Source: Guillardia theta CCMP2712 (lineage: Eukaryota; Protista; Cryptophyta). From it: a stretch of 64,000 nt of DNA. The DNA lies in contig NW_005434594.1 in NCBI RefSeq assembly GCF_000315625.1, positions 304,482 through 368,481 of the forward strand, in the 5' to 3' direction. Of this stretch, positions 1-12,573 are shown piece after piece. The notes under the pieces were generated by a model. That model made no database searches and was not told the origin of the DNA. It worked only from the letters and a program-made list of their open reading frames with translations. A program made the position numbers and the translations under genes. How positions within the stretch are numbered: position 1 is the first letter of the stretch; each line of letters begins with the position of its first letter.

Positions 1-563
1 GTGCTCCTCGCAGCTCGCCAGGTTCCACAGGGTACCGCTCCCCTCCCTCTGGACCGCCACGACCCCCTTGTGCTTCCTCATGGCCTCGGCAACGGCTCGG
101 ATCGCTCCGAGCTTCACCATCTCCTCCTTCTTCTCCGGGTTGGACGACAAGCTCTGCAAGATTCCGCATGCCAGCCACTGTACCCTGGCGCTCATGACGT
201 TCTCATGCATGGTGGAGATGACGGCGCGGGGGTCAGAGCGTATGTATGACCAGAGGACGCTGCCGAAGGGCCCGCTGAGCATGTAGCAGATGAAGACAGC
301 CAAGGAGGCTCTTCCTCCAACGGCTCCTCGCGCCTGCATAGCGACGAGGACAAGTTCGTTCTTAGCGCTTACCTCTGCGCAGACCCACCGGAGCTCAAGA
401 CGCACCAGGTGGTCGGCCAGCTGGACTTCGATAGCCTCCAGCTCCTCTCCATGGGGTCCAGCATGCAGCTCGTTGCCGGCCAGTCGTGCGCGTCCCCTGC
501 GGCAAGAGGAAGGGAGTCTCTCGTCAGGGGCTCCCGCTCGCCTTCGTCTCGAACTTTCTTCAT
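1..563 (-). CDS. Armadillo (ARM)-repeat protein, 5' part; runs off the window start
   Basis: Minus-strand translation of 1-330 gives RAVISTMHENVMSARVQWLACGILQSLSSNPEKKEEMVKLGAIRAVAEAMRKHKGVVAVQREGSGTLWNLASCEEH, a typical ARM repeat. Probable GTAAG..GCAG intron at ~334-372. Start (ATG 563) is tentative. Confidence 0.65.
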
Positions 564-594
564 CGTGGCTGACGACGAGCAGAGGAAGCGATGG

Positions 595-3094
595 ATGCTG
601 GAGATCGTGCTGCAGGTGGACTCGAAGCTGAAGAGCAAGAGATCGCAAGCTCTTGCTCAGCGATGCTCGTCTCTGGAGTCCGAGCTTGAGAGAATAGCAG
701 GACAGGCACAGCAGCTCCTGTCACACTACCTAGAGCTGAAGCGAAGTTACGACTCGGTTTCGGAGCAGCTGTTGAGACGGGATGAGGAAGTGAAGAGGAG
801 GAGCGAGGAGGACGGAGCGTCGTTGAGATGCTTGCAAGACAGAGTCGGGCTTGCAGAAGGCATGATCACCAAGACAAGACAGAAGCTGCTGTTGAAGACG
901 TTGAGGTGTGAAATCGAATCCGAGCAGAATAAACACATCTTGGCACGGATTGCTGTGGAGGCATTCTTCATGAATGCCCAACATGCGAGATGTGAGAGGC
1001 ATGCTATGATAATATACAGGAAGAGATCAGCAATCAACTCTCTCAGAGGGTCGTTCGGTGTTTGGAGGACGCTGAGTTCTTCCTCCTCCCGCCTGCGGAG
1101 ATTCTTGATAAGGGAGAGGAGAAGCTTGCTGAACGACAAGTTTGAATGCTGGAAATCTCTTGTGCCGGGCAGAGGCAAATCATTATGCCGTTATGCACTT
1201 GTCAGGTGTATTATGTCCAAGGCGATGGAAAGAAGAAGCCGGAGAGAGAAATTCATTGCTCTTTGCAGTCTTCGCAAACTTGTGCATATTAGAGGGCTCG
1301 AGAGACACAGAGAGATTTTGTTTGATGTAAGAATGGTAAGGAGGAGGAGGAAAACTTTCTGGGGTCGCTGGTTACGTAGGGTGGAGCAGACCAAGTTTCT
1401 TGGGAGGGCGGCAAGGCAACGGCGATGGGAACTTGTTTCCTCTGCTACGAGGTCGTGGCGAGGTGTTTGCGGCAGTTCGAACTTGATCGACAAAGTTGGC
1501 ATGCTGGCAGTCAGGCGGACGAGACGTCAGTTGCTCTCTTGGATCATCATCAACCTCCGCCGCCATGCTCACTGTCGTGCAAGAGCAAGGGACGCCTCCA
1601 CCAGGTGCAGGAGCAGGAAGAGGGCGAAATTTCTGTCGTACTGGAAGGATTGCCTCCGTTCACAGCAGGAGCAAGCGCAGAGCTCAGATCGTCTTCTCCG
1701 CATGAGGGAGCGGCAGGTAGCAAGAGACTGTCGCCACCTTCACCTCGCAGCCTGGAGGGGGGCCACGAGCCTGAATAGACGCAGCAAATTCCTCCTCCTC
1801 AACGCTCGCCGGGTTGCCTCAAGAAATCTCCTCCTCCTCTGGCGCTCGCGTGTTGACGTCAAGCTCGTCCTTGGTCGTCGATTCTTCAGTCTCACAAGCA
1901 GATCTGAACATGCGAGCAAGGCGACGGTGATGGCGGCGTGGAGGAGCGTGCGATCAGGTGCTGCGCTGCTTCGCTCTCCTGTGCTTCCTTTCCCTTTCCC
2001 ACCACGATCTCCTCCTACACCACCAACACAACTCCTCCTCCTCCTCCTCCTCCTCCTCCTCCTCCTCCTCCTCCTCCTCCTCCTCCTCCTCCTCCTCCTC
2101 CTCCTCCTCATTGACCTTCGGACGAATCCACAGATCGTCAGAGGTTGAAGCGAGCTAGTCGCGTCGTCTCCTCCTCCTCCCTCCTTCTGCTTCTCCGCCG
2201 TTGCTTCATCCCCTGGCTGCTTCATACTCGCCGCCTTGCCGTTGCCCGGCATCTCCAACAGCAGGTGAGACGGTCGAGGGATGGGGAGGAGGGTGAGAAG
2301 GACGAGCAGGAGCGCGTCCACCTACTTGCTCGCTGCGTGCTGGGGATGAAGGAGGCGGCGAAGAAGGGGAAGGAGGTACTAGATGCCCAGCACCTGCCAT
2401 GATTCTCAAGATGCTCGACAGGTTTGCGAGGAGGCTGAGGGGAGGAGGAGAGGAGGACAAGTGCGGAGGAGCTGTTCAAGAACGTTTCTGCTCCTGTGGA
2501 AGGAACTTCAATCTCAAACCTTTGCTCGCATGCAGCAAGTGGACATTAAGGTGCCAACAAACATTACTTCTCCTGTACTTCCCCTTCCTACTATCACCCC
2601 TACCGCTCAGCATCTGCCCCTCTCCTCCAACCTTCTCCCCTCCTCGTCTTCCTCCCTCCTCTCCTCGGCCTCTTTCCTTCTCTACCCTCCACTTCCTCCC
2701 TCCTCTGGCCCCTTCTCTCCATCATCCCAAACCCAGGCCCCATTCCCCTTGCTGTCTCCCCTCCTCTCCCTCCATACCTTGACGAGCCGGAGCAGCCGCT
2801 TGCTAGAGCCTATGGAGCATGGAAGCGACGGACGTGCCGGCAGGGAGGTCGGAGCTTCTCCTCCTCCTCTCCTTCTCTGAACGACTCGCAGCATCGCGCG
2901 CGACCCTTGTAAGGGCGCAGGAGCGTCAGGTGCGGATGTTTACCAGGTGGACTTGCAGGACGTTGTTGAGCGCGTGGAAGAAAGAGGAGAGGGAGAGGAA
3001 GAGATCGAGGCAGCTGGAGAAGACATTCAGGACTCGTTCTGCTCGTCGTTTCCTCGTATCCTCGTTCCACGTCTGGGTTCAGACAAGTTTGTGA
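595..3094 (+). CDS. Coiled-coil + Sfi1-like Trp-repeat protein (putative centrin-binding), multi-exon
   Basis: Long ORF 409-2148 and further exons to ~3090 carry repeated L/F-x-x-W-R/K motifs (SFGVWR, KFECWK, FWGRWL, FLSYWK, LAAWR, VMAAWR, CFIPWL, LLSAWK) after an N-terminal coiled coil. Start and end are approximate. Confidence 0.55.
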
Positions 3095-3634
3095 GATTCT
3101 ATGGGCGGACCTCTGTTTCATTATCCTCTCCCCATCGCTCTTTTTCCCCTTCCTCCTCCCTTCCACTTCTCCTCCTCGTCTCTTCCTCGTGCTGTTTTCC
3201 TTCTCCTTCTCCTTTCTGCTAGAGTTCCAGCCTCGAATGATTTATTCAGCCTCTCGTATGCCAGTCCCTTTCTTCTATCAGCCTCCTCTTCCTTCGACTC
3301 TTCCTCTACTTACCCCCTTCCCCCTTCTTCCCTCTCCCCATTCCATGCGCTTTAACAGCCTATGGCACATCTGGCTGACTGTAATTGTTGTAACTTGGTA
3401 ACTGTGACTAGTCACTGTAGAATGAACTGTAATAAACGTACTACTCTCAACTTGACTAACCGTTGAACCGTCTTGCCAGGCTCGGTCAGAAACCCAGGCC
3501 GGGCCTCCGGCGCCCAGCGTATGAAGGCTCGGATGGTCCATTGACTCGCCACTGGGCCGACGCAGTCGGACCCCGAAGAGTTGAGTAAACTTTTTCTAGG
3601 CTTTGACTTTTTTTTCAATCGTTCTCTATCCGAC

Positions 3635-5444
3635 ATGCAAGCGCTGAACGACGAGCAGTGGCGGCACCTGAAGGAAGCGTGGTGAGATGCGTGACGAAAG
3701 GAGGAGGAGGAGGAGGAGGAGGAGGAGGAGGAGGAGGAGGAGGAGGAGGAGGAGGAGGAGGAGGAGGAGGAGGAGGAGGAGGAAGGGACTCCCGGATTTG
3801 CGTCAGTCAGCTACAAGTTCCACCGTCTTCACCGCCATTGAACCCAGCTGCGGCCTTAGCAGCAGAGGAATGCTCAGTTACAACATTGGCCCTCCTTAGA
3901 TTAGCAGGAATTGATATTGTGTAGGAGGTCCAGGGGAATGAAGTTTGGATGAAGAGCAGTTCTTACGGAGAAGTTGATCGATGCATCATACGCAGATGAC
4001 AAGCTAGACGCAGGAGCAATGCGTTTATGGGCTAGAGTAGACAAGTAGACGAGTGCTAGACTAGACGAGTAAAACTGGGCCAGACGTCCTTAATGCTGCC
4101 TCAGGAGGATCTTTGACACGGACAAGGATGGGAGGATTGGCGTGCAGGACCTCAAGCTTGTCATGCAATCTTTCGGCTATGAACACTCCGAAGTCAGCTC
4201 ATTACTTTCCAGTTGCCAGTCTTCCCCCCTTCCTTCCCTTCCCTTCCCTTCCCTTCCCTTCCCTTCCCTCAAAGTCTCTTCCCTCTCTCTTAGCCCTCCC
4301 TTCCTATCCTTATTGACGTTCCTCTGCTCTAAATATACGATGACTTCAGGAAGAGTTTGAAAGTTATCTGGACGACCTTCCGATCAGTGTGGAAGGAGAC
4401 AGGTGCCGGAGATACGATCGCAGTCATTAACATGTTCTAAATCAGTCGCAGGTACATGGATTTCCCACAGTTTGTTCTCTGGGTAGTCAAGCTAGGGGAA
4501 AGGATTGAAGAAGAAGAGCAAGAGGCAAAAGTGATACCATCGCATCCCCTGCCCTCCTCGTGTCATGACAAAGAGAGTTCAGATCAAACGAGAGAAGGAG
4601 CTGGAGTACAGGATAGAGCTCATGCCGCGAGGGTAGCGTCAGATGTGCTTGTTTCTGAGACTGAACAAGGAGAAACCAGGAAAGAAGTTGAGAGAGTCAA
4701 ACTAGAACTTGCCGAGGTCAAAGAAGAGAGGGAGGAAGTATACAACATGTGAGTATGTCTAACTGCTACGACATGTTTGCGACGGCCCAGACTCAGTCGC
4801 TGATGATGATGGTTTCAAAGAGTGATAGAAGAGCAGCGGCAAGCTTTCAAGGATCTGTTCCTCGACCTCGATGCGCAGTCAAAGGGATACCTGACCCAAC
4901 AAGTTCGCTTCATGCAACTCCTTCTCTTCCTCCTCACTGCTACAACAGGACATCACCAACCTGGCCAAGAAGCTGGGGAAGCCATGGACAGAGCACGAGT
5001 ACGATGCGATGATGCATGCTGTACCTAGACCACCCTGCCCCCTCCTCCAATCACATCCCTGGCAGGTGACATTGCCGGGGGAGGCCAGACGAATCGACCT
5101 CGACAAGTTTTGCAAGATCCTCCACGCGCCTGTGGGAGGAGGAGGAGGAGGAGGAGGAGGAGGAGGAGGAGGAGGAGGAATTGGGGCCCGTCATGACGGC
5201 ACGTGGCAGGTAGCATGGGATGAGCCGGAAATGTATCCCTGCCAGCGGGCGATCGTTGAGCAGCACGCAAGAGAGAAGGTATGGGAGGTGGAGGAGACTT
5301 TCAACGCGACTGAATGTGCTCGGATCTCAGCTGGAGAAGGAACTGAGCGCGTTCAACGTTGACAAGCAGGCGGCAAAGAGGAAGCAAGCGAGCAGATGTG
5401 CGATCATGTGAAGGTTGAAGGTGATGCAAGGGACGCGGAAGTGA
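3635..5444 (+). CDS. Calmodulin/centrin-like EF-hand protein, multi-exon
   Basis: Exons read MQALNDEQWRHLKEAW / RIFDTDKDGRIGVQDLKLVMQSFG / YMDFPQFVLWV / QRQAFKDLFLDLDAQSKGYLTQQ / RRIDLDKFCKIL, i.e. two EF-hand pairs separated by a coiled coil. The 3' end is approximate. Confidence 0.75.
3700..3783 (+). repeat. (GGA)n microsatellite in intron
   Basis: Perfect GGA run directly visible. Confidence 0.95.
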
Positions 5445-5531
5445 TGGGGATAACAGCAGAAAACAATTTATTATATATGAATGTAGCAAGGTATCAGATG
5501 ATTCAAAAGGAAGTCTTCCGTGGCCTTGAAC

Positions 5532-6587
5532 TCAAATCGGCTCCATGTACTGCATGTTTGCTTGCAGGAGCATGTCTACTTCCTTGATGTCGTCGGATGG
5601 TCTTCGTGAGAGGATCAAGCTTCCAAACGAACCCTTCCTGGAGAGGCTCTCCGGGAACGAGGTTGGATCAAACTCCATCTTGCCTGCGGGCTCGAAGTAC
5701 TCCTCGGAGCTGTAATTGCTGCTATCCTGGTCGTTATCCTGCGTCGTTTGCGAGCTCTCGTCCTCAGCGTTCCCTCGGAACGCAGCTCCAGCTCCAGCTC
5801 CAGCTGAAACAAGCAGTTCAGGATGCATAGCGCTGAGATCGCTCCTGTAGGCCGCCATGTCGTACTCTAGAGCCGCCTGCGGCTCCCTGCTCTGCAGGAA
5901 CATCTGGCGCTCACGATGCCGCCGCTGTGCGTCCCTATTCTGCGCCCTCCGTCTCTCAGACTTGACAGTGACGAAAGGCTCGGTAGCTGGTGGAGGCGCC
6001 GCCACGTTCTGCTCGAACCTCTCAGCTCCCTCCATCACGTCCTTGTGCATGCACATGTTGCTCTGACGCGCTTGCGCATCGGAGCTCGCAGGAACTTGCA
6101 GGACACATGGCTGACCCTCGAACGGGGCGGGCAGCGAGCAGCCGTAGAGCGCAGCAAGGTGGATGGGATACTCTCCCTTGAACTTGGCACTCACGTCTGC
6201 CCCGGAGTTGACGAGCGTTCGAGCATCCGTGCAAGGGTTTGTGCTCCTCTCCAGCTCGGCTACTCGCTCCTTCAACCTTGACACCTCCTCTCGAAGCTTC
6301 ACATTGTCAGCCTCGGTGATCTCCAACTTCTTCGACAGGGTCTCGTTGCGGGAGGAGATCTCGGATATGCCGCTCTCGAGCTTCTGCACATGCGTCCGGG
6401 CCTGATCCCTCGATTTCTTTGCAGCAAGACGATTCTTGATCGTCCTCACCCGGTTTCGAATTTCCCGGGTCATTTCGTACTCTTGGCCGTACATGGTTGG
6501 GTAGCCCTCCTCTACTTGCTTCTGAGTGTGCAGGAGCATAGCAAGCTCCTGCTCTAGGGCTGAATGCGGCTGAGATGGCCTACGCAT
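5532..6587 (-). CDS. bZIP transcription factor with a single ankyrin-like segment and a second basic region; intronless
   Basis: RTIKNRLAAKKSRDQARTHVQKLE + heptad leucines; LVNSGADVSAKFKGEYPIHLAALYG; RRRAQNRDAQRRHRERQ. First ATG is at 6587. Confidence 0.85.
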   Translation of the reverse strand: MRRPSQPHSALEQELAMLLHTQKQVEEGYPTMYGQEYEMTREIRNRVRTIKNRLAAKKSRDQARTHVQKLESGISEISSRNETLSKKLEITEADNVKLREEVSRLKERVAELERSTNPCTDARTLVNSGADVSAKFKGEYPIHLAALYGCSLPAPFEGQPCVLQVPASSDAQARQSNMCMHKDVMEGAERFEQNVAAPPPATEPFVTVKSERRRAQNRDAQRRHRERQMFLQSREPQAALEYDMAAYRSDLSAMHPELLVSAGAGAGAAFRGNAEDESSQTTQDNDQDSSNYSSEEYFEPAGKMEFDPTSFPESLSRKGSFGSLILSRRPSDDIKEVDMLLQANMQYMEPI

Positions 6588-6859
6588 TTTTGACAAATTG
6601 CAGAACTATGTGGTGGGATGGTGGGATCGGCAGGGAAAGGGGCGCACTTGGGGGCGTTGGAAGCACAACAGAAGCTTGAGTTGCGATAACAAGAAAGGAG
6701 AGCGAGGAGTGAAGGAGTGGGAGACGGAGAGGAGGAGGATGGAAGAGAGAGAAGGTGGAAGGAGGGGGGGGGGGGGATCAAACAAGTTGCCTGAGGGCAG
6801 TGCCAACGGGCTGGACAGGAAACGCTGAGAAGGGGGCAAGACAAGGTATAAATTCTTTT

Positions 6860-8450
6860 CAAGGGGGTTGAGAAGTGGAGGGAAGGGGGGTGGGGTTGTC
6901 CAAGGCGGGGGTACTCCAGAACTATCATTGTACCCCCTTCTTCTACTGTAAAAAGTGGGTAGGGGTAAGGGGACGGATCTGGCTGTACCCCAATTTATTA
7001 ACCTGCGCCGGTACACCCACCCCCATTCTCTTGTGCGTTTCTACCCCCACCCCCGCTAACCTCATGACATCGCAATACGACCCTGCCCCCCCCTACCCCC
7101 ATCCCAGTGGTAAAAATCTGCGATAGGACTTATTGAGCGTCTGTAGCACCACCCACCCCCTTGCCTCTTCTGGGGTGTTAGGGGGTAACGATGAGACTCT
7201 TGGGGGAACCAACCGTTGCAAGATATCTTAAAATATTATTTTAAAATAGGTAGATGCTGCGAGATAGAACTGAGATCCAGGCGAGATCTGCAGTGGTTCG
7301 GAGGTCCGTCAACTGCAGTCGTCGTAGAGGGCGAACAGACCCTTCGGTCCTCCTGTAGACCAGGGGGTGGTATGGCTGGGCGGGGGACAACGACGGGTAG
7401 TCACGATTGGGTTCCTGGTAATTTGGCTGTCACGAACTTGAATCTTTTCGAAGCAGTTTTAAGTTTTAAAGTCGGGGGCAAAGGTCATGGCGCTGTCCAT
7501 AGGTCCCAGTTAAATGACACCAAAAACTATGTTTTCGTTTCATGCCCTTGCGTGGGGTCAAGGAGGGACCATGGGTCTTTTGAATTAGTGATCCACATAC
7601 AGAAATGGATGGGGATGGGGGGAGGGGACACCTGCGCCTATCGCACTATTGCCGCGCACAGCTGATACCTGGCAAGCTGCTGACCGTCACGGCTTCAGGG
7701 ATAAAACTCAAGAGCTCGGAATTTTAAAGCCTAGAGAGCCATGCGCACCACTAGGTAAAAAAAAAAGTGACGTGCGGTCAAAGTGCGGGGCCCCTTCAAC
7801 GGTACGGTCGGTCAAGTTTTGAGTAAACAGTCCGAGTCAGTCCGATCACGCCCTTGCGGCCCGAGCCGGCCCGGCCGCCGCGCCGCCGCCGCCGGCCCGG
7901 GCCGGGCCCGTCCGCTGAGTCACTGTGGCACGTCACGCGCCGCCGTACTAGCCTTGGAGACTTCTCAAGTTTTTTCAAAGTCAAGTTAAAAATCAGTATG
8001 AGGACAAGTATGATGGGACTGATTCTTGAAGTTCAACGGGCCGCCAGGCCCTGAGCCTCGGAGGCCGGGCCAGTGAGGCCGCCCGGCCCGCCCTGTCAAA
8101 CTGAAGTTACTCATGATACTGAGCCAGTGAGTCAGGCCGCAGTCACCGTGCCACCGTGCGGCCCGGCGCCACTGACCGTCACGGGGCGGCACCCCGGCGA
8201 CTCGGCCGCCCGGCGCCCGCCGGCCCGGGCGGAGTCATCCGGCGGCTGATTGTCAGGCGGCCGCACTCAGTGTAGTGTCGGAGGCCCTGAGGCCCCGGGC
8301 CCAGCGGTAGTCTTTCGCGGCCCCAGCCTGGCAGTGCTCCTGGGCCCACAGTGCGGCGGCGGCCGCCTCCTCAGTCTCAGTACTAGCGGCTCTCTAGGCG
8401 GCCGCGCGGCCGGGCGGCGGGGTGACCCGGGCCCGGGCCCAGAAATGCGC
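6860..8450. promoter_or_regulatory. Intergenic module: TACCCC/GGGGTA-rich block (6860-7650) + palindromic GC-rich block (7780-8450) between divergent bZIP and UTP23
   Basis: No credible ORF; dense ACCCC/GGGGT words followed by CCGG/GGCC/GTCA words; the same architecture recurs through the window. Confidence 0.5.
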
Positions 8451-8736
8451 ACGTGAAAATTGAGGGAGGGAAGGAGGACGGGGGGGGAGGCAGGAGAGGC
8501 AGGAGAGGCAGAACCAAGGAGGAGTGAAGGGACGAAGCGGTTGAGGGAAAATCAGGATGATTGAGGAGAGAGGAGAAACGAGAGGGGTGAGGAAGGGGAC
8601 TTCACACAGCGGACGAGGAGAGAGGGCGGAGTTGAAGCAGGGATCTTGGTTGCTATGGATAGAAAGAGTGACCTTGCCGCACTTGTAGAGGGTTTGACAG
8701 GGGCGGCAGGTAGATCAAGAGGAAACCAGAGACAAG

Positions 8737-9554
8737 ATGAAAGTGAAGCAGAGCAAGCAAGTTCGGAAGCTGATGTCTCTGTACAACCACACCTTCGGCT
8801 TCAAAACTCCCTACCGAGTCATTTGCGACGGCAACTTCTTGCAGGTTTGATGCTGAGCCGCTCCGTTGCCACTCGCTCGCTGTCATTTTGACTCCTTTCC
8901 CTCCCCATCCTTCCCTCTCGTTTCCTACATAGAGAAAGTGCAGGAGCAGGAAGGAACAGCGGAGTTTAATTTCGTCTCATGCTCTCCCTCTTGCTCTCCA
9001 CCTTTCATCTCCCGCGCCCCTCCCAAGCTTTCCTCTCTCCTCGCCATCGCCCTGACCCTCCCTTGACAGGCAGGTCTGGACCTGAAGCTATACCTTAAAG
9101 AAGCCGTCCCTGCCCTGCTCCAAACCCCTTGCAACCTTGTAGTCACAAACTGTGTAAGGAAGGAGCTATCGAAGATAGGAGACGCCGTCTCCGGCGCCTC
9201 CCTCATAGCCAAGCGCTACGAATGCATTCGATGCCAGTGTCCCGAGGGGCTGGCGAGGGAGTGTATTCAGAGGATAGTGGCAGACGGAAACCCTCAGCAC
9301 TATGTGGTAGCGACGCAGGACAAAGTCCTCAAAGAAGCCTTGAGGAAGGTGGAGGCTGTTCCCTTGCTGTACATCACGGGCAACAAGGGGTCGGGGAGAA
9401 TAGCACTCGATCCCCCGTCAGCAGCTACGCTGGAGGGAGCCAAGAAAAGTGAGTTTGCCTCCTATAGCAGCGTCTCCCCTCCTGCTCCTCCTGCTCCTCC
9501 TGCTCCTCCTGCTCCTCCTCCTCCTTGCCCTCCTGCTGCTCCTCGTCCTCGTCC

Positions 9555-9622
<68 letters not shown>

Positions 9623-10145
9623 GTCGTCGTCGTCGTCGTCGTCGTCGTCCTCCTCCTCGTCTTTTCTCCCCTCATGCGTTTTGGTAGGGGAGAAAGAAAA
9701 GTGCAGCGCAAGCCCAAAGGAAATCAAGGTACCCAACCTCTACCTTCTTGTTGCCCCACCCCGCGCCTGCCTCTTCCCCTCCTCGTCCTTATCATCCCCC
9801 TCCCCTTCTGGACCTCCTCGTCCTCCCCTGCCCTTCTCTTCCTCCCTTCTCTTCCTCCCTTCTCTTCCTCCCTCCATCTCCCCATCCTCCTCCTGTCCCT
9901 CTCAATTCACATGAGACGATAGACAATCAAGAGGAAATTGACGGATAGCGAGGACGATAAGGAGGAGGAGAAACCATCCAAGAAGTGGAAGGGACCGAAA
10001 GGTAGGGACGAGGAGCTGGTAGAGGGCCATGGCGAGGAAGAGAAGTTTTGTTAGGTGGATGGGAAACAGAAAGAAGAGGTAGGAGGACGAGAAGGAGGAC
10101 CAGAGATATAAGAATGGAAACGAGGACAAGGACGAGGAGGACGAG

Positions 10146-10193
<48 letters not shown>

Positions 10194-10481
10194 GACGAGG
10201 ACGAGGACGAGGATATGGTGGCGGAGGGAAGAGATCAGGTTGAGAACGCGGGGGCAGGGAACAAGGAGGATACACAAGCATGCCTGACAACATGGACGTA
10301 CAGGAGTAAACCCATTATCAGTCAAGAAGCCGTCAAAACCGAAGCAGCAAGGTAAATCAACTAGCTGACAAGCGCTGAGAGAAATGCTTACGTAAGTTCA
10401 TGAAGTGAGCGCGAAGAAGAAGAGGAGGAAGCATAAGAAGAAGAATGCAACCAATGCCTCTACCAGCACTCCCGGTGCATG
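8737..10481 (+). CDS. UTP23: rRNA-processing protein UTP23 (Fcf1/PIN family), ~6 exons
   Basis: MKVKQSKQVRKLMSLYNHTFGFKTPYRVICDGNFLQ / VVTNCVRKEL..GASLIAKRYE..C.C..ECI..GNPQHYVVATQD..LRKVEAVPLLYI / KWKGPKGVNPLSVKKP; Lys-rich tail. Confidence 0.93.
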
Positions 10482-10534
10482 AATAGTTGTACTTTATTCC
10501 TGTGTGAACTAGAAAATGAAAACTCAATCTTAGA

Positions 10535-11297
10535 TCAGGCACGATCAAAGTTCGTCTTTCCCAGAGTTCTGAGAGCACCCTCATCAAACGTTGTCTACAA
10601 CAAGATGAAAGGAACCAAACCTGATAGCTGGCATCACTCTGATAAGAAGCAACGCCATATCCTCTTGCACTGCCACGACACGTTCATCAGACTCGCAATC
10701 AACCACAGAAGAGTTTCTCGCCTGGTAGCCTGCGGGATCGGCAAACTTGAGTCCATGCTGGAAAAGAGCTTGTATGTGAAGGGAATCGAAACAATCTGTA
10801 GGGCAGGACACAAATCAACAGCGCTGTCAGCAAAGAACAGGAGCAACCTTGATCATGAATTGTATGATAGACATTCCCAATACAAACTTGGCTGTTCCAA
10901 CGGGAGGAAACGCGTAATCCTCCCACTCATTCTGCGCTTCTTGCATCTCAGCACCTGTTGCGAAGGTAAGACGCTGCTAGTTTCCCGAGCCTGTTGTGGT
11001 CGACCTGATATCTGATTCCCGTATATATACATCCAAATGAAATCCGTCACGCATGACAGGAGCAAAAATACAAAGTAGAGTTTTGTAGCTTCGCATCGTT
11101 TCCCTGAGACGGAGATTTCAGCTTCAGAAACAAACCAGGCAAGGTGACAAGTACCGAAAGAAGCGTAGAGTCCTAACAGAGCAAGCGCGCCATTGTTGTC
11201 AGTACGGGTGATCGATGTGAAGAATGAGATTCCCTGCGATGAGTTTGGTCAGGGAAGGACAGGCGAAGAAAGCAAGTCGTCTGGTCATGTCAACCAT
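10535..11297 (-). CDS. Small multi-TM membrane protein, AGTRAP-like, multi-exon
   Basis: Spliced reading RTDNNGALALLGLYASF / LYFVFLLLSCVTDFIWMYIYG / KFVLGMSIIQFMIK / IVSIPFTYKLF matches the AGTRAP-family pattern. The 5' end may extend further upstream. Confidence 0.5.
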
Positions 11298-11789
11298 ACA
11301 CCACCTCCTCTATATTTGTCCTCTTTCCTTCTCCTTCTGTTTCTTCTTCCTCCTTACAGCCCTACCTCCTGAGTTTCGCTCGTTTCAGATCTCAGCTAGT
11401 GCTCTTGGCTCTCACAGCACTTGCAGGACCGTGTACGGATGATGTTTCCTCCAACATAACTCAGAGGTCTCTCGAGAACTACCTAGACATCGCTCTTGAG
11501 AACTATCACGGGATTATAATCGTTTTCGATCAAAACTTGTCGCAGACACAGGATATCTGACTTTCTGAATGTTCATTTTTCTTAATTCTCGCTGTGCACT
11601 GTCTCTTACTAACGAACTACTACATCTCTTCGTTTTCTTCCATCATCATATCCTTCAGTCTACTTCAACCATCAAACTTTTTATCTCCCACCATTCCTGC
11701 TCAGCATATCTCATGCATGTCATAAGCATCACACCTGTCACAACAAAATTCCTTCCTGACAATGGAAATAACCACCATAACCAAAACTA

Positions 11790-12140
<351 letters not shown>

Positions 12141-12411
12141 CTCATCCTACTACAATCTTCACCTCCATCAACATACGACAAGGGGGGAGAGGGGAATATC
12201 TTACAAACTGCATTGACGTGAAGCGAACCAGCCATACCGCAAGCGCCTCCGGGTCCTCCGGCACCATTCCCATCACCGCTTCCATCGCCACGTCTTTCCG
12301 GACACCGTTACACGCGAAACGGTAATTGGGCAATGGTCATCGCGGGGAGGAGGGATATAATCGTGCGAGGGGCGAGGAAGGGAAGTGGAGGGGAGAAGGA
12401 GAAGGAGAAGC

Positions 12412-12454
<43 letters not shown>

Positions 12455-12573
12455 GGTGAGGAGATAGAGTGATCAGGAAGGAGAGGGGAAGAAGGGAGAG
12501 AGTTGTTCTTGCTTGCTTGCTGTCGTCTCTTACAGCTCTCATTGGTCAACATTCAACCACCCAACTTCTCAAC

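Noticed and set aside
5532-5587. Apparent 3' coding overlap between the EF-hand gene and the bZIP gene
   Set aside because: The EF-hand gene more plausibly stops near 5444, followed by AT-rich UTR-like sequence; the overlap depends on an unsupported last exon.
7780-8450. Pro/Arg/Gly-rich ORFs in GC blocks (also 34900-35300, 43600-44200, 45500-45900, 55100-55960)
   Set aside because: These are open frames caused by GC richness, with no recognisable domains or coding-like codon pattern.
10634-10860. In-frame TGA codons suggesting a selenoprotein
   Set aside because: The stops disappear once the short introns are removed in the AGTRAP-like reading.
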